The position numbers and the translations under genes were made by a program. A DNA stretch of 64,000 nt from an uncultured Bacteroidota bacterium (lineage in GTDB: Bacteria; Bacteroidota; Ignavibacteria; UBA10030; UBA6906), in assembly GCA_963700635.1 (NCBI GenBank), contig CAVOYH010000003.1:1568001-1632000 (forward strand), read 5' to 3'. Below, piece after piece: positions 10,140 through 19,873 of the stretch (the stretch's first letter is position 1; each line of letters opens with the position of its first letter). The notes under the pieces were generated by a model. It searched no databases, was not told the DNA's origin, and saw only the letters and a program-made list of their open reading frames with translations.

Positions 10140-11375
10140 ATGAAAGCATCAGTCGTTGTTGCAGTGATCGCCCTGCTGTGGGCGGCGGGGCCGTCGGTCG
10201 ACGCGCAAACGCAGTCGGAACGGAAAGGGATGGGCAGCTACACGCCTCCCCAGGAGCTTGTTTCGCTTGCTCCGTCGACGACGCTGGACAAAGCGCTGGG
10301 AATCATCAGCGAAGTCAGCAAGAAATCCACCGGCAAGATCATCATTGACACCGAACGGCGCACGATGCCGATCAACGTCGATATTCAGGGCTTCCCTTGG
10401 CGCGAAGCACTCGAAACCATCTGCCGGAAGAACGGGCTGGCGTTTTCGGAGTTCGAGAGCTACATCCAGATCACGGAGGGCACGACGGGAGAACTGGCGG
10501 GCCCGGTTGGCAGCGGGCGTCCTGTGGCCGGCGGCGCAGTCGCTACCGAGATCCAGAAAGAAGTCGCCACATTCCGGAGCAGGGAGATCAAACTCTCCGC
10601 TATCTTCTTCGAGGTGAACCTGTCAAAGTTGGAAGAGGTGGGGATCAACTGGACCTTCATGAAGAGCACCGGTGATTATTCCATCGGTGCCGAGTTCAAC
10701 GGTGCAGAGGATGTCTCGAAGAACATCTTCAAGACAGAAGTCACGCCCAAAGTGAAATTTGCCAACATGAACTTCGTGGCGAAATTCTTTTCGGACTACA
10801 AACTCGGCGAGATCCTCTCGGGTCCTCAGCTCATCGTGCGCTCGGGCGAGGACGGACGGATTCAGGTCGGCCAGGATTTTTCCATCCGGGAACGTGATTT
10901 CGCGGGGAACCTGATCGACAAGTTCTATAGCGCCGGCACCATCATCAAGGTCAATCCACAGGTCATTGTGGAACAGGGCGTTCCGTTCATCCATGTCGCG
11001 GTCGACATTGAGCGGAGTTCGGTCACGCCTGGTGCGGTGAGCACGATTATCAACAAGACCCAGGCGCAAACCAATCTGCTCCTGCTCGACGGTGAGGAAA
11101 CCATCATCGGCGGTCTGTACAATAATGAGGTCAATACTACCCGTTCGGGCGTCCCGTTTCTGAAGGACCTTCCCTGGTATGTCTTCGGTCTCCGCTATCT
11201 GTTCGGGTACGATAGGGAAGAGATCAACAAGAAGGAACTCGTGATCCTGCTCAAGGCCGAGCTGGTGCCGACACTGCAGGAACGCATCACGCAGAAGACG
11301 AAGGAGGAAGATTTGTACGACAAGTGGCGCGAAGAGAACATGAAGCGCGACAGGAATATCCGGGGGGGGCGATAA
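10140..11375 (+). CDS. pilQ: Secretin (PilQ/GspD family), short form
   Basis: Signal peptide; N-domain 'PWREALETIC'; secretin core 'LLDGEETIIGGL..GVPFLKDLP..LRYLF..KELVILLKAELV'. Confidence 0.9.
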   Translation: MKASVVVAVIALLWAAGPSVDAQTQSERKGMGSYTPPQELVSLAPSTTLDKALGIISEVSKKSTGKIIIDTERRTMPINVDIQGFPWREALETICRKNGLAFSEFESYIQITEGTTGELAGPVGSGRPVAGGAVATEIQKEVATFRSREIKLSAIFFEVNLSKLEEVGINWTFMKSTGDYSIGAEFNGAEDVSKNIFKTEVTPKVKFANMNFVAKFFSDYKLGEILSGPQLIVRSGEDGRIQVGQDFSIRERDFAGNLIDKFYSAGTIIKVNPQVIVEQGVPFIHVAVDIERSSVTPGAVSTIINKTQAQTNLLLLDGEETIIGGLYNNEVNTTRSGVPFLKDLPWYVFGLRYLFGYDREEINKKELVILLKAELVPTLQERITQKTKEEDLYDKWREENMKRDRNIRGGR

Positions 11376-11420
11376 GAAGAATCGGGCGTGAGAACAGCCA
11401 CTAGCACAAGAGGAACTTCG

Positions 11421-12872
11421 ATGTTACGGACAGGACTATTGATGGCGGGCGCGGCAGTGATGGCGGTGCTGCTCGCCGGATGTAAGAGCGACGAGACGAC
11501 AGCATCGCAGGGGGAGGGGGTCGTCAGCGGAGTTGTGACGGACGCCTCGAGCCTCGTGTTTCTTGCTGATGTCGCCGTGCAGGCACAGAGTGTCTCCAGC
11601 GGGATCCAGACCGCCAGCACGGATGCCAACGGCGGGTTCAGGATGTCGTTTGCGACCGACAGCATCGCGACCGCCACCGTCACGCTGCGCAAAACAGGCT
11701 ACCGGGATACTACGATCATGGTGTCAGTTCGCCCCGGCACGGTGGTGGTCCTGAATATCGCCCTGCACCCGAAATCTGTCGTCAATCCGGGCGGGACAAC
11801 GAGCGGAATCGCGCAGACGATCGCATTCCTCGGGGCAACGCCTCAGGAAGTGTCCGTCTACGGCGTCGGGGACAAAGAGACATCGGTGCTCGCATGGGAA
11901 GTGCGGGACTCACTGGGTCTCTCGATCGACGCTGCTCATGCGGTGCAGCTGACGTTCACGTCCACCAACGGACCTGGCGGGGGTGAATACACCTCCCCGT
12001 CGTCGGTGACAACCAACGCCGCAGGTCAGGCATACACCACGTTCAACGCCGGTACCCGGTCTGGGGTCGTGCAGGTCACGGCGTCAACGACCGTCGGCGG
12101 TCGGACGATTATATCAAGTCCCGTGCGCCTTGTGATCAACGGCGGATTCCCAGTGCAATCCCATTTCTCGATCGGTGCACAAGTGCACAATTTCCCTGCC
12201 CTGGGTTGGCTGGGACAGGCGAATATCATCACCGTTCTGGTGGGCGACATGTACAGCAACCCTGTTGTCCCCGGAACTGCAGTCTACTTCCGCAGCAGCG
12301 CGGGGGTGGTGCAACCCACCGTCTTCACGGATAAGAACGGGTTCGGCATGGTGACACTGTACAGTGGAAACCCTGATCCGTTCGGAGCATTTGCGGCACC
12401 GGTGTACGGCGACGGGTACCACTACGTTGTGGCGCGGACGCTGGGACAGGGGGGCGTGGTTGTCCAGGACAGCACGCTCATCCTCTGGAGCGGCATAGGC
12501 CAGATCAGTGCCGTGAACCCGACGACATTCGATATCCCCAACGCCGGGTCACAGAACTTCACATTCAAGGTGTCCGATGCCTACGGCCATCCGCTTGCGG
12601 CCGGGACAAAGATCTCGGTGTCCGCGCTGATCCCGCCTCCACCGACGCAGGGACAGCAGCAGAACCAGGTGTCGATTGTCTTCGGCTCCAACGGTACAAT
12701 TGAATTGAACGATGTTCTTTTTGCCGGTCCCGGGACAACAGATTTCTCCTTTACGCTGAAAGACGGAACCTGGAGCATCACGGATGCGACTCCGGTGAAT
12801 ATCGTCATCAATATTACCGGGCCGAATGTCCCGAACACGATGGGCTATACGTTTGGTGGAACGGTGCGCTAG
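11421..12872 (+). CDS. Lipoprotein with carboxypeptidase-regulatory-like and Ig-like (invasin/intimin Big_1-like) domains
   Basis: Lipobox LLAGC; 'GVVTDASS..TDANGGF', 'VRDSLG..TTNAAGQA', 'DMYSNPVVPGTAVYF..TDKNG'; last gene of the pil operon. Confidence 0.7.
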   Translation: MLRTGLLMAGAAVMAVLLAGCKSDETTASQGEGVVSGVVTDASSLVFLADVAVQAQSVSSGIQTASTDANGGFRMSFATDSIATATVTLRKTGYRDTTIMVSVRPGTVVVLNIALHPKSVVNPGGTTSGIAQTIAFLGATPQEVSVYGVGDKETSVLAWEVRDSLGLSIDAAHAVQLTFTSTNGPGGGEYTSPSSVTTNAAGQAYTTFNAGTRSGVVQVTASTTVGGRTIISSPVRLVINGGFPVQSHFSIGAQVHNFPALGWLGQANIITVLVGDMYSNPVVPGTAVYFRSSAGVVQPTVFTDKNGFGMVTLYSGNPDPFGAFAAPVYGDGYHYVVARTLGQGGVVVQDSTLILWSGIGQISAVNPTTFDIPNAGSQNFTFKVSDAYGHPLAAGTKISVSALIPPPPTQGQQQNQVSIVFGSNGTIELNDVLFAGPGTTDFSFTLKDGTWSITDATPVNIVINITGPNVPNTMGYTFGGTVR

Positions 12873-12895
12873 GGTAGAAACGACAGCATCGTCTT

Positions 12896-12938
12896 GCGGC
12901 CCCCGGTGTCCACGCGGCATCGGGGGCCGCGCTGTTTG
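12896..12938 (+). terminator. Intrinsic terminator of the pil operon
   Basis: 15-bp GC-rich stem GCGGCCCCCGGTGTC/GGCATCGGGGGCCGC (two G-U pairs), loop CACGC, followed by GCTGTTTG. Confidence 0.65.
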
Positions 12939-12967
12939 TTGCATTTCCTCGCCGAAAACCGTAGGTT
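12939..12967 (+). promoter_or_regulatory. Housekeeping promoter of uvrA (TTGCAT-N17-TAGGTT)
   Basis: Same TTG-N-TAnnTT architecture as seven other intergenic sites in the window. Confidence 0.5.
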
Positions 12968-13006
12968 GGTCACGCCTGTACCACCATCAATGATGTTCCT
13001 CTTACA

Positions 13007-15835
13007 GTGTTTGACAGCATTCTCATCCGGGGAGCCCGGGTCCACAATCTCAAGAACGTCACCCTCGAGATTCCCCGGAACACCCTCACCGTTGTGACCG
13101 GCGTCAGTGGCTCGGGGAAATCGAGCCTCGCGTTCGACACAATCTATGCGGAAGGTCAGCGCCGGTACGTGGAGAGCCTCTCCTCCTATGCCCGGCAGTT
13201 CCTTGAGCGAATGGACAAACCGGACGTTGACCTGATCCAGGGGATCGGGCCGGCCATGGCCATCGAACAACGGGCCAATACCCGCAATCCCCGGTCAACC
13301 GTCGGTACCTCGACAGAAGTCTACGACTATCTCCGTCTGCTCTTCGCGCGGATCGGCCGGACCTACTGCTCAAACTGCGGAAAGCTGGTCGAGCGTGACT
13401 CCGTGCAGACCGTTTCCGACACCGTGCAGGAGCGATTCGCTGCACTGGGCTGTCGGGAACTCCGGCTGTATGTCACCTTTCCGCTCCCGATCCATCCGAA
13501 CGAGAAGCTGTCGCAGGCCGTGTCAAACCTGACCAAAGAGGGATTCTTCCGGGTGTTGATCGGCGGTGCGATGATCGATCTCAACGAAGCCCGTGTCCCG
13601 ACCCGCACACGCCCCGCCGATGTCGACGTCATCGTTGACCGGTTGGTGTACAGAGGTCCGGACGACGCAGAGCGGATTGCCGATTCTGTAGAGACGGCAT
13701 TCGCCTCGGGCGCAGGACTGGCCTCCGTTGTGCTGACAGACCCCCCGGAGCGTCTCAATTTCAATAGAAATTTCGCCTGTCCCGATTGCCATCTGACGTA
13801 CGAAGAGCCCGATCCCCGCCTCTTTTCCTTCAACAACCCCTACGGTGCGTGTCCGGAATGTCAGGGGTTTGGTCGTGCCATCGGGATCGACATGGATCTT
13901 GTTGTGCCGAACAAAGGAAAGACCCTGCGCGGGGGAGCGATCCAGCCCTGGACCACGCCGAAATTCCGTGAATACCTTCGTGCTCTCCTCCGTGCTGCTC
14001 CGAACGCGGGGATCAGGGTTGACGTTCCGTTTCGCGATCTCCGGGAGGAGGAACTCACGCTCCTGCGGGAAGGGACGAACGGTTTTGACGGGATCGATCC
14101 GTTCTTCCGGATGGTCGAAAAGAAGGCGTACAAGATATACTACAGGGTCCTGCTCAGCCGGTACCGGGCGTACACGACCTGCCCGCTGTGTGACGGGGCA
14201 CGTCTGCGGTCGGAGGCTCTCAATGTCCGCGTCGCCGATGCCCGTCTTCCCGATGTTGTGCGGATGACAATTGACCGGGCACGGCACTTTATCGAGAATC
14301 TCACGCTCTCGCCCTACGAAGCCACGGTTGCGCGCCGCATTCTGGAGGAACTGAAAAAACGGCTTGCCTATCTCGACGATGTTGGCATCGGTTATCTTAC
14401 ATTGGACCGGCTTTCGGGCACCCTGTCCGGAGGGGAATCCCAGAGGATCAATCTCGCAACCTCCCTTGGCTCGTCACTGGTCGGTGCCGTCTACGTCCTG
14501 GACGAACCAAGTATCGGTCTTCATCCCCGGGACAACGGACGATTGATCGGCATCCTTCAAAAACTCCGTTCGGCGGGGAACACGGTGATTGTTGTCGAGC
14601 ACGATGCCGACATGATGCGTGCCAGCGACAGGATTGTGGATATGGGACCCCACGCCGGCGAACGCGGGGGAGAGGTGGTCTTCAATGGAACGTACAAAGA
14701 GATTCTGCAGCACCCGGACTCCCTGACCGGAGCATATCTTTCGGGTCGCAAGAGTATTCCAGTCCCCGGTTCGCGCCGTGATGTGAACGGCTATGCGCTC
14801 ACGATTGTCGGTGCGCGGGAACACAACCTCAAAGATGTTGATGTTACAATTCCGCTCCGCTCTCTGGTCTGTGTGACGGGCGTCAGCGGGAGCGGCAAAA
14901 GCACGCTTGTGCATGAGATTCTGCACAAGGGTCTGCTCCGGATCTTCGGAACCGGGTCGGGGAAGGCGGGAATCCATCGGGAACTGGTGGGTGCGCAGCA
15001 TCTCAGCGCGGTGGAGATGGTCGACCAGTCCCCGATCGGCCGAACGCCACGGTCGAATCCCGTGACGTACATCCAGGTATTTGATCTTATCCGGACGTTG
15101 TTTGCGGGGACGGCTGCAGCACGTGTCCACGGTCTTAAACCCGGAGCCTTTTCGTTCAACGTCCCCGGCGGCAGGTGCGATGCATGCGAGGGAGACGGCG
15201 TCGTGAAGGTGGAGATGCAGTTCCTCGCAGATCTCTATCTCATCTGCGACGTCTGTAAGGGGACCCGCTTCAAGAAAGAAATCCTGGACGTACGGTACAG
15301 AGGGAAGAACATTGACGACGTGCTTGGGATGACCGTTGACGATGCCATTGCGTTCTACGGTCAGGAAGCGAGCGGGAGAAAGGTCGCAGAACGCCTGAAG
15401 GTGCTCCGGGATGTCGGCCTCGGGTACATCAGGCTCGGGCAGCCTGCAACGTCATTGTCGGGCGGTGAGGCACAGCGTGTCAAGCTTGCCGCACACCTGG
15501 CCTCTCCACCTGCGGATCAGCACACGTTGTTTCTATTCGATGAGCCAACCACCGGTCTGCATTTTGACGACATTGCGAAACTCCTCACCTGCTTCGACGC
15601 GCTGCTGGATGCCGGGAATTCCGTTGTCATCATCGAGCACAACCTGGACGTGATCAAATGTGCGGACTGGGTCATCGATCTTGGTCCGGAGGCGGGAGAC
15701 GAAGGGGGGAACGTTGTCATCGCGGGGACCCCGGAAGAGGTCGCCCACGAACCACGGTCCCACACCGGACGGCATCTTGCCGGCGTCCTTGACGCCGGGC
15801 CGCCGCCCCGCCGGAAGAAATCCGCCCGTCGATAA
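13007..15835 (+). CDS. uvrA: Excinuclease ABC subunit A
   Basis: GARVHNLKN, two Walker [25 protein letters not shown] signatures, Zn fingers, [10 protein letters not shown]. Confidence 0.97.
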   Translation: MFDSILIRGARVHNLKNVTLEIPRNTLTVVTGVSGSGKSSLAFDTIYAEGQRRYVESLSSYARQFLERMDKPDVDLIQGIGPAMAIEQRANTRNPRSTVGTSTEVYDYLRLLFARIGRTYCSNCGKLVERDSVQTVSDTVQERFAALGCRELRLYVTFPLPIHPNEKLSQAVSNLTKEGFFRVLIGGAMIDLNEARVPTRTRPADVDVIVDRLVYRGPDDAERIADSVETAFASGAGLASVVLTDPPERLNFNRNFACPDCHLTYEEPDPRLFSFNNPYGACPECQGFGRAIGIDMDLVVPNKGKTLRGGAIQPWTTPKFREYLRALLRAAPNAGIRVDVPFRDLREEELTLLREGTNGFDGIDPFFRMVEKKAYKIYYRVLLSRYRAYTTCPLCDGARLRSEALNVRVADARLPDVVRMTIDRARHFIENLTLSPYEATVARRILEELKKRLAYLDDVGIGYLTLDRLSGTLSGGESQRINLATSLGSSLVGAVYVLDEPSIGLHPRDNGRLIGILQKLRSAGNTVIVVEHDADMMRASDRIVDMGPHAGERGGEVVFNGTYKEILQHPDSLTGAYLSGRKSIPVPGSRRDVNGYALTIVGAREHNLKDVDVTIPLRSLVCVTGVSGSGKSTLVHEILHKGLLRIFGTGSGKAGIHRELVGAQHLSAVEMVDQSPIGRTPRSNPVTYIQVFDLIRTLFAGTAAARVHGLKPGAFSFNVPGGRCDACEGDGVVKVEMQFLADLYLICDVCKGTRFKKEILDVRYRGKNIDDVLGMTVDDAIAFYGQEASGRKVAERLKVLRDVGLGYIRLGQPATSLSGGEAQRVKLAAHLASPPADQHTLFLFDEPTTGLHFDDIAKLLTCFDALLDAGNSVVIIEHNLDVIKCADWVIDLGPEAGDEGGNVVIAGTPEEVAHEPRSHTGRHLAGVLDAGPPPRRKKSARR

Positions 15836-16001
15836 CTCGCGTGATGTTCACTCAGGGGTGACAGTGGAGAGCTTCGTGACGCACGTCACGGACATGCAGA
15901 GGAGAGGATTGTATATTGACCGTGTCAGAAAACTTGAAAGGCATTGGCTTCACGACGGGTGAAGGGGAGATCCCTCGCGACGGCCAGTGCCTTTCGCCAT
16001 T

Positions 16002-16778
16002 CTATACTGCCACGCCAACGTTCAGGCTGATGACAAACCCGCCAAAGTTCTTCTTGGTTGTCGAGACTTCCCGTGTACGTGAATTGTACAGCGACGGGAG
16101 CCCTTCGCCGAACATGTACGTGATGTAGTACCGGAAATTGATGCCGAACACATTCGACCGTTCGGTGCCGAAGTTCGCCCCGAATCCCACGTATCCGCCC
16201 ACCGTATAGTGCGGTTGTCCTTTCCCCAGGCTCTTGAAGAATTCGACCTGCTGGGTTTCGATGTACCCGTCATCGTGGAACACAAAGTTCACGTACGGCA
16301 TCTGATAGATCATAGCCGGCCCGGCAGCAGCATTGATATACGGGCGGAACGTATCCACGATATCTTCCCGGAAGAGGCGATACTGGATACCCACCATGAG
16401 AGGGAGAACGAGAAAGCGGTTCAATTTCCCGGGAGTGTACGAGACACCGAAATACGGGTCGAAATACTCGAACTCACGCTCGTCTTTCGACTCGGAGATT
16501 GAAAGGCCGATAAACCCTGAGAGATCTTCAGTGAACGACCGCCGATACATGCCGCCCAGCCCGAAGCCATCATTGGAGATCAGGATGTCGAGACTCCAGA
16601 CATTGGGATACCGATCAGGGCTGGTGGGGTCGGCGGGGAGGGCTCCCGCCTGGAGTGTATCCGACGTGGCCCGCGGCTCCCATCCCGTGGTGCGGGGTGA
16701 CTGTGCCGTGGCCAGGACCGGCAGTGCCAGGCTCAAGCACAGAAGTATGAACCTGAAACAGCGGCTGTGGTGTTTCAT
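16002..16778 (-). CDS. Putative outer-membrane beta-barrel protein
   Basis: Signal peptide; alternating aromatic beta strands (GFGLGGMYRR, RPYINAAAG, FGINFRYY); terminal strand 'SLNVGVAV'. Confidence 0.6.
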   Translation of the reverse strand: MKHHSRCFRFILLCLSLALPVLATAQSPRTTGWEPRATSDTLQAGALPADPTSPDRYPNVWSLDILISNDGFGLGGMYRRSFTEDLSGFIGLSISESKDEREFEYFDPYFGVSYTPGKLNRFLVLPLMVGIQYRLFREDIVDTFRPYINAAAGPAMIYQMPYVNFVFHDDGYIETQQVEFFKSLGKGQPHYTVGGYVGFGANFGTERSNVFGINFRYYITYMFGEGLPSLYNSRTREVSTTKKNFGGFVISLNVGVAV

Positions 16779-16849
16779 GGTGTCCTCGCGATCGTTCTCT
16801 CTCTACAACATCTGCTCTGCAAAATAGGTTCTTGGCAGGGCAAAAGCAA

Positions 16850-18034
16850 TCAGAGGATCCTGAAGACGCCGAACTTGAGGTAGTGTGTTTCCGGAACGGT
16901 GGGCAGGGTGGGATGATCAGGCGATGCTCCCCGCCACTCGAGAAGTTGGATTTCCCGGTTTGACTTGCGTGCCGTTTCCGCAATCAGGTCAATGAAGGTC
17001 GACGGGAGAAGGTGGTGCGAACAGGAGGCAGTGAGAAGCGTTCCACCGCGGACAAGAACACGGAAGGCACTCCTGTGCAGATCCTTGTACCCTTTCTTTG
17101 CCGTGGGTACGGTCTTCCGGCTCTTTGTGAATGAGGGAGGATCCAGGACTACGACGTCAAATCGTTCCTCCCGGGCGGCCATCGTATTCAGGGAGGCAAA
17201 CACATCAGCCTCTTCAAAGCGGACATGTGCGAGCCCGTTGGCCTGTGCGTTTGCCTTCGCGCGTCCGATCGCTTCCGCGGAGCTGTCAATGCCGACGACC
17301 TCCGCCGCACCGGCCGACGCGGCATGGAGTGCAAACCCGCCGTCATTACAGAAACAGTCCAGCACGCGGCTCCCGGGGCTGAAAGGGCGAATAAGCGGGC
17401 GGTTGGCTCTCTGGTCAAGAAAAAAGCCCGTTTTCTGACCTTCTCCGAGATCGATGGTGAAGCGGACAATACCATCATCGAACCGGACTACTCCTCCAGT
17501 TCCGCGGAGCACTTCTCTGCGCAGAGGGAGTCCTTCGAGGAGCCGGAGTGACGATTCGTTCCGCTCCAGGATGCCGGCCGGATGGAACAGCTCTTCCAGC
17601 ACGTCACAGATGAGAGGAAGCCGCAGATCCATCCCGAAGGCGAAGGTTTGCACGACGAAAAAGTCTTCGAACCGATCGATGATCAGTCCCGGGAGAAAGT
17701 CCGCCTCCCCATGGACAAGCCGATAGACTCGACTTTCGGGAAACAACCGGGCACGTAGCCTTTCAGCCTGGGCAAATCGCTCATGGAAGAACAGTGCGTC
17801 AGGTTCTCGCGGTGTTGTCGAGAAGAGCCTGCACGCGATGAGGGAATTGGGATGATACAATCCGACGCCGATCAGCTTCCCTCCGGCGTCATGGACTTCG
17901 ACGACATCGCCGGGAAGGGGAGACCCGAGCGTTTGCCGGATTTCGTTGCTGAATACCCATGGATGCCCCGCTCGGATTCGGCGGTCTTCGTTCTTGCGCA
18001 GGAGTATCTGTTTCTTCCCGGAGGAGGTATTCAT
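16850..18034 (-). CDS. rlmI: RlmI-like class I SAM-dependent rRNA methyltransferase (PUA domain)
   Basis: GHPWVFSNEI, GEADFLPGLIIDRF, GQKTGFFLDQR, DVVVLDPPSF, TASCS, YLK. Confidence 0.9.
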   Translation of the reverse strand: MNTSSGKKQILLRKNEDRRIRAGHPWVFSNEIRQTLGSPLPGDVVEVHDAGGKLIGVGLYHPNSLIACRLFSTTPREPDALFFHERFAQAERLRARLFPESRVYRLVHGEADFLPGLIIDRFEDFFVVQTFAFGMDLRLPLICDVLEELFHPAGILERNESSLRLLEGLPLRREVLRGTGGVVRFDDGIVRFTIDLGEGQKTGFFLDQRANRPLIRPFSPGSRVLDCFCNDGGFALHAASAGAAEVVGIDSSAEAIGRAKANAQANGLAHVRFEEADVFASLNTMAAREERFDVVVLDPPSFTKSRKTVPTAKKGYKDLHRSAFRVLVRGGTLLTASCSHHLLPSTFIDLIAETARKSNREIQLLEWRGASPDHPTLPTVPETHYLKFGVFRIL

Positions 18035-18159
18035 AAGGGTCTCATAAGAGGGGAACACTAAGGTACGAAGAGCAGCCTGCAACCGCAAGGGTAATTGAAT
18101 TTCCCAGCCATCTTGCGTATCTTATATGTTTGGCAATCCATTCACATCGTCCTGGAACA

Positions 18160-18849
18160 ATGCGCATACCCCCGCGGCTTTCCTGTGTAGTCTTTGATGT
18201 TGATGGTACTCTGACCAGCACGAATGCGCTCATTTTTGCAACGTTCAACGACGTTGCGGAACGGCATCTCGGGCGTGCATTCACTCCGGCGGAGATCATC
18301 GGGCTTTTTGGCCCCCCCGAGGAAGGTGCAGTGGAGAAGTTGTTCGGGTTGGAACGTGTGCCGACGATCATGGATGAGATGTGTGCGTATTACAGGGAGC
18401 ATCATCGTGCTCTGGCGCGGCTGCATGACGGAATGGATGAAGGGCTGCGGTTGTTGCATGAGAGCGGAATCAAGCTGGCCGTATTCACCGGGAAGGGGCG
18501 CAGGACAGCGTCGATAACGCTCGAGATCCTGGGGATTGCCGGCTATTTCGACATGATTGTCACAGGGAACGACGTCATGCGTCACAAGCCCGATCCGGAC
18601 GGGCTTGTACAGGTCCTTGCGGGCCTCGGGGTGCCACCCGGAGAAACCGTTATGGTCGGCGATTCTATGGCAGATGTCCGTGCCTCCCGCGGCGCGGGAG
18701 TCACGATGGCCGCTGTCCTCTGGGATGCGTACGATCGTCAGCGCGTTGTTGAGGCCGGAGCGGACCTGGTCTTTGACACGGTGCCGGAGTTTCTTGCCTG
18801 GTGCCGTTCCCACGTGGACGGGACCGTGCCCGGCGAGAGAACATCGTGA
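18160..18849 (+). CDS. HAD-superfamily hydrolase (phosphoglycolate phosphatase-like)
   Basis: FDVDGTL motif I, KPDPD, MVGDSMAD; upstream promoter-like TTGAAT-N17-TATCTT at 18095-18123. Confidence 0.9.
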   Translation: MRIPPRLSCVVFDVDGTLTSTNALIFATFNDVAERHLGRAFTPAEIIGLFGPPEEGAVEKLFGLERVPTIMDEMCAYYREHHRALARLHDGMDEGLRLLHESGIKLAVFTGKGRRTASITLEILGIAGYFDMIVTGNDVMRHKPDPDGLVQVLAGLGVPPGETVMVGDSMADVRASRGAGVTMAAVLWDAYDRQRVVEAGADLVFDTVPEFLAWCRSHVDGTVPGERTS

Positions 18850-18880
18850 TGGGCCCACAATTTCAGGCAGGGAGCAGTGC

Positions 18881-19873
18881 ATGGAACACGTACGGATAGG
18901 TGTGGTCGGGGTCGGCCATCTCGGCGCGCTGCATGCGAAGATGGTGTCGGACATACCCGGGGCACAATTTGTCGGGGTGTTCGATACGGATGCCGGCAAG
19001 TCCCAGGCGGTGGCCTCGGCCTACGGTGTGACGTCCTTCTCGGAGCTGGGAGCATTGCTGGAGCGGGTGGATGCGATCACCGTTGCCACGACGACATCGA
19101 CCCACTTCGCAGTTGCACAGGAAGCACTCCGGCGAAGGATCCATGTCTTCCTCGAAAAACCGATCACAGAGACCATTGCTGAAGCTGAGCAGTTGTGTGC
19201 CCTCGCGCGCGAGCATGCGACGACCGTGCAGGTTGGCCATATCGAACGATTCAATCCTGCAATACTCGCGTTGGACGGCTTTCCGCTCCACCCGCTGTTC
19301 GTGGAGTCGCACCGCCTCGCGCAGTTCAAGCCGCGAGGCACAGATGTGGCGGTTGTTCTCGACCTCATGATCCACGACATCGATCTCATCCTGACCTTCG
19401 TCAAGTCGCCCGTCAGCAGAATCGATGCCAGCGGAGTGGCGGTGGTTTCGGACACCATCGATATCGCGAACGCCCGATTGCAGTTTGAGAATGGCTGCGT
19501 TGCAAATGTGACCGCGAGCCGGATTTCCCAGAGAAGCATGAGGAAGATGCGCATGTTTCAACACAACGCATATATCTCCCTCGACTTTTCCGAGGGAATG
19601 GCAGAAGTCTTCCGGCTGGTCCCGGAAGGCAGTCCTGATGTCCGCGGAGCGATGGTCCTCGGAGAAATGGGAATCGGCAAGAACCGGAAGAAGATCATGT
19701 ATGAACAGCCGGAACCGCGCGAAGTGAATGCGCTGCGCTACGAACTGCAGCTGTTTATCGACGCCGTGCGCCAGGGGACAGCTCCCGTCGTGACGGCTGA
19801 GGACGCGACACGAGCGCTCGTGGTTGCGATGGACATCATGCAGAAAATCGGTCAGCAAAACGTGCCCGTCTAG
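18881..19873 (+). CDS. Gfo/Idh/MocA family oxidoreductase
   Basis: GVVGVGHLG, HVFLEKP, VGHIERFNP, DLMIHDID. Confidence 0.92.
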   Translation: MEHVRIGVVGVGHLGALHAKMVSDIPGAQFVGVFDTDAGKSQAVASAYGVTSFSELGALLERVDAITVATTTSTHFAVAQEALRRRIHVFLEKPITETIAEAEQLCALAREHATTVQVGHIERFNPAILALDGFPLHPLFVESHRLAQFKPRGTDVAVVLDLMIHDIDLILTFVKSPVSRIDASGVAVVSDTIDIANARLQFENGCVANVTASRISQRSMRKMRMFQHNAYISLDFSEGMAEVFRLVPEGSPDVRGAMVLGEMGIGKNRKKIMYEQPEPREVNALRYELQLFIDAVRQGTAPVVTAEDATRALVVAMDIMQKIGQQNVPV

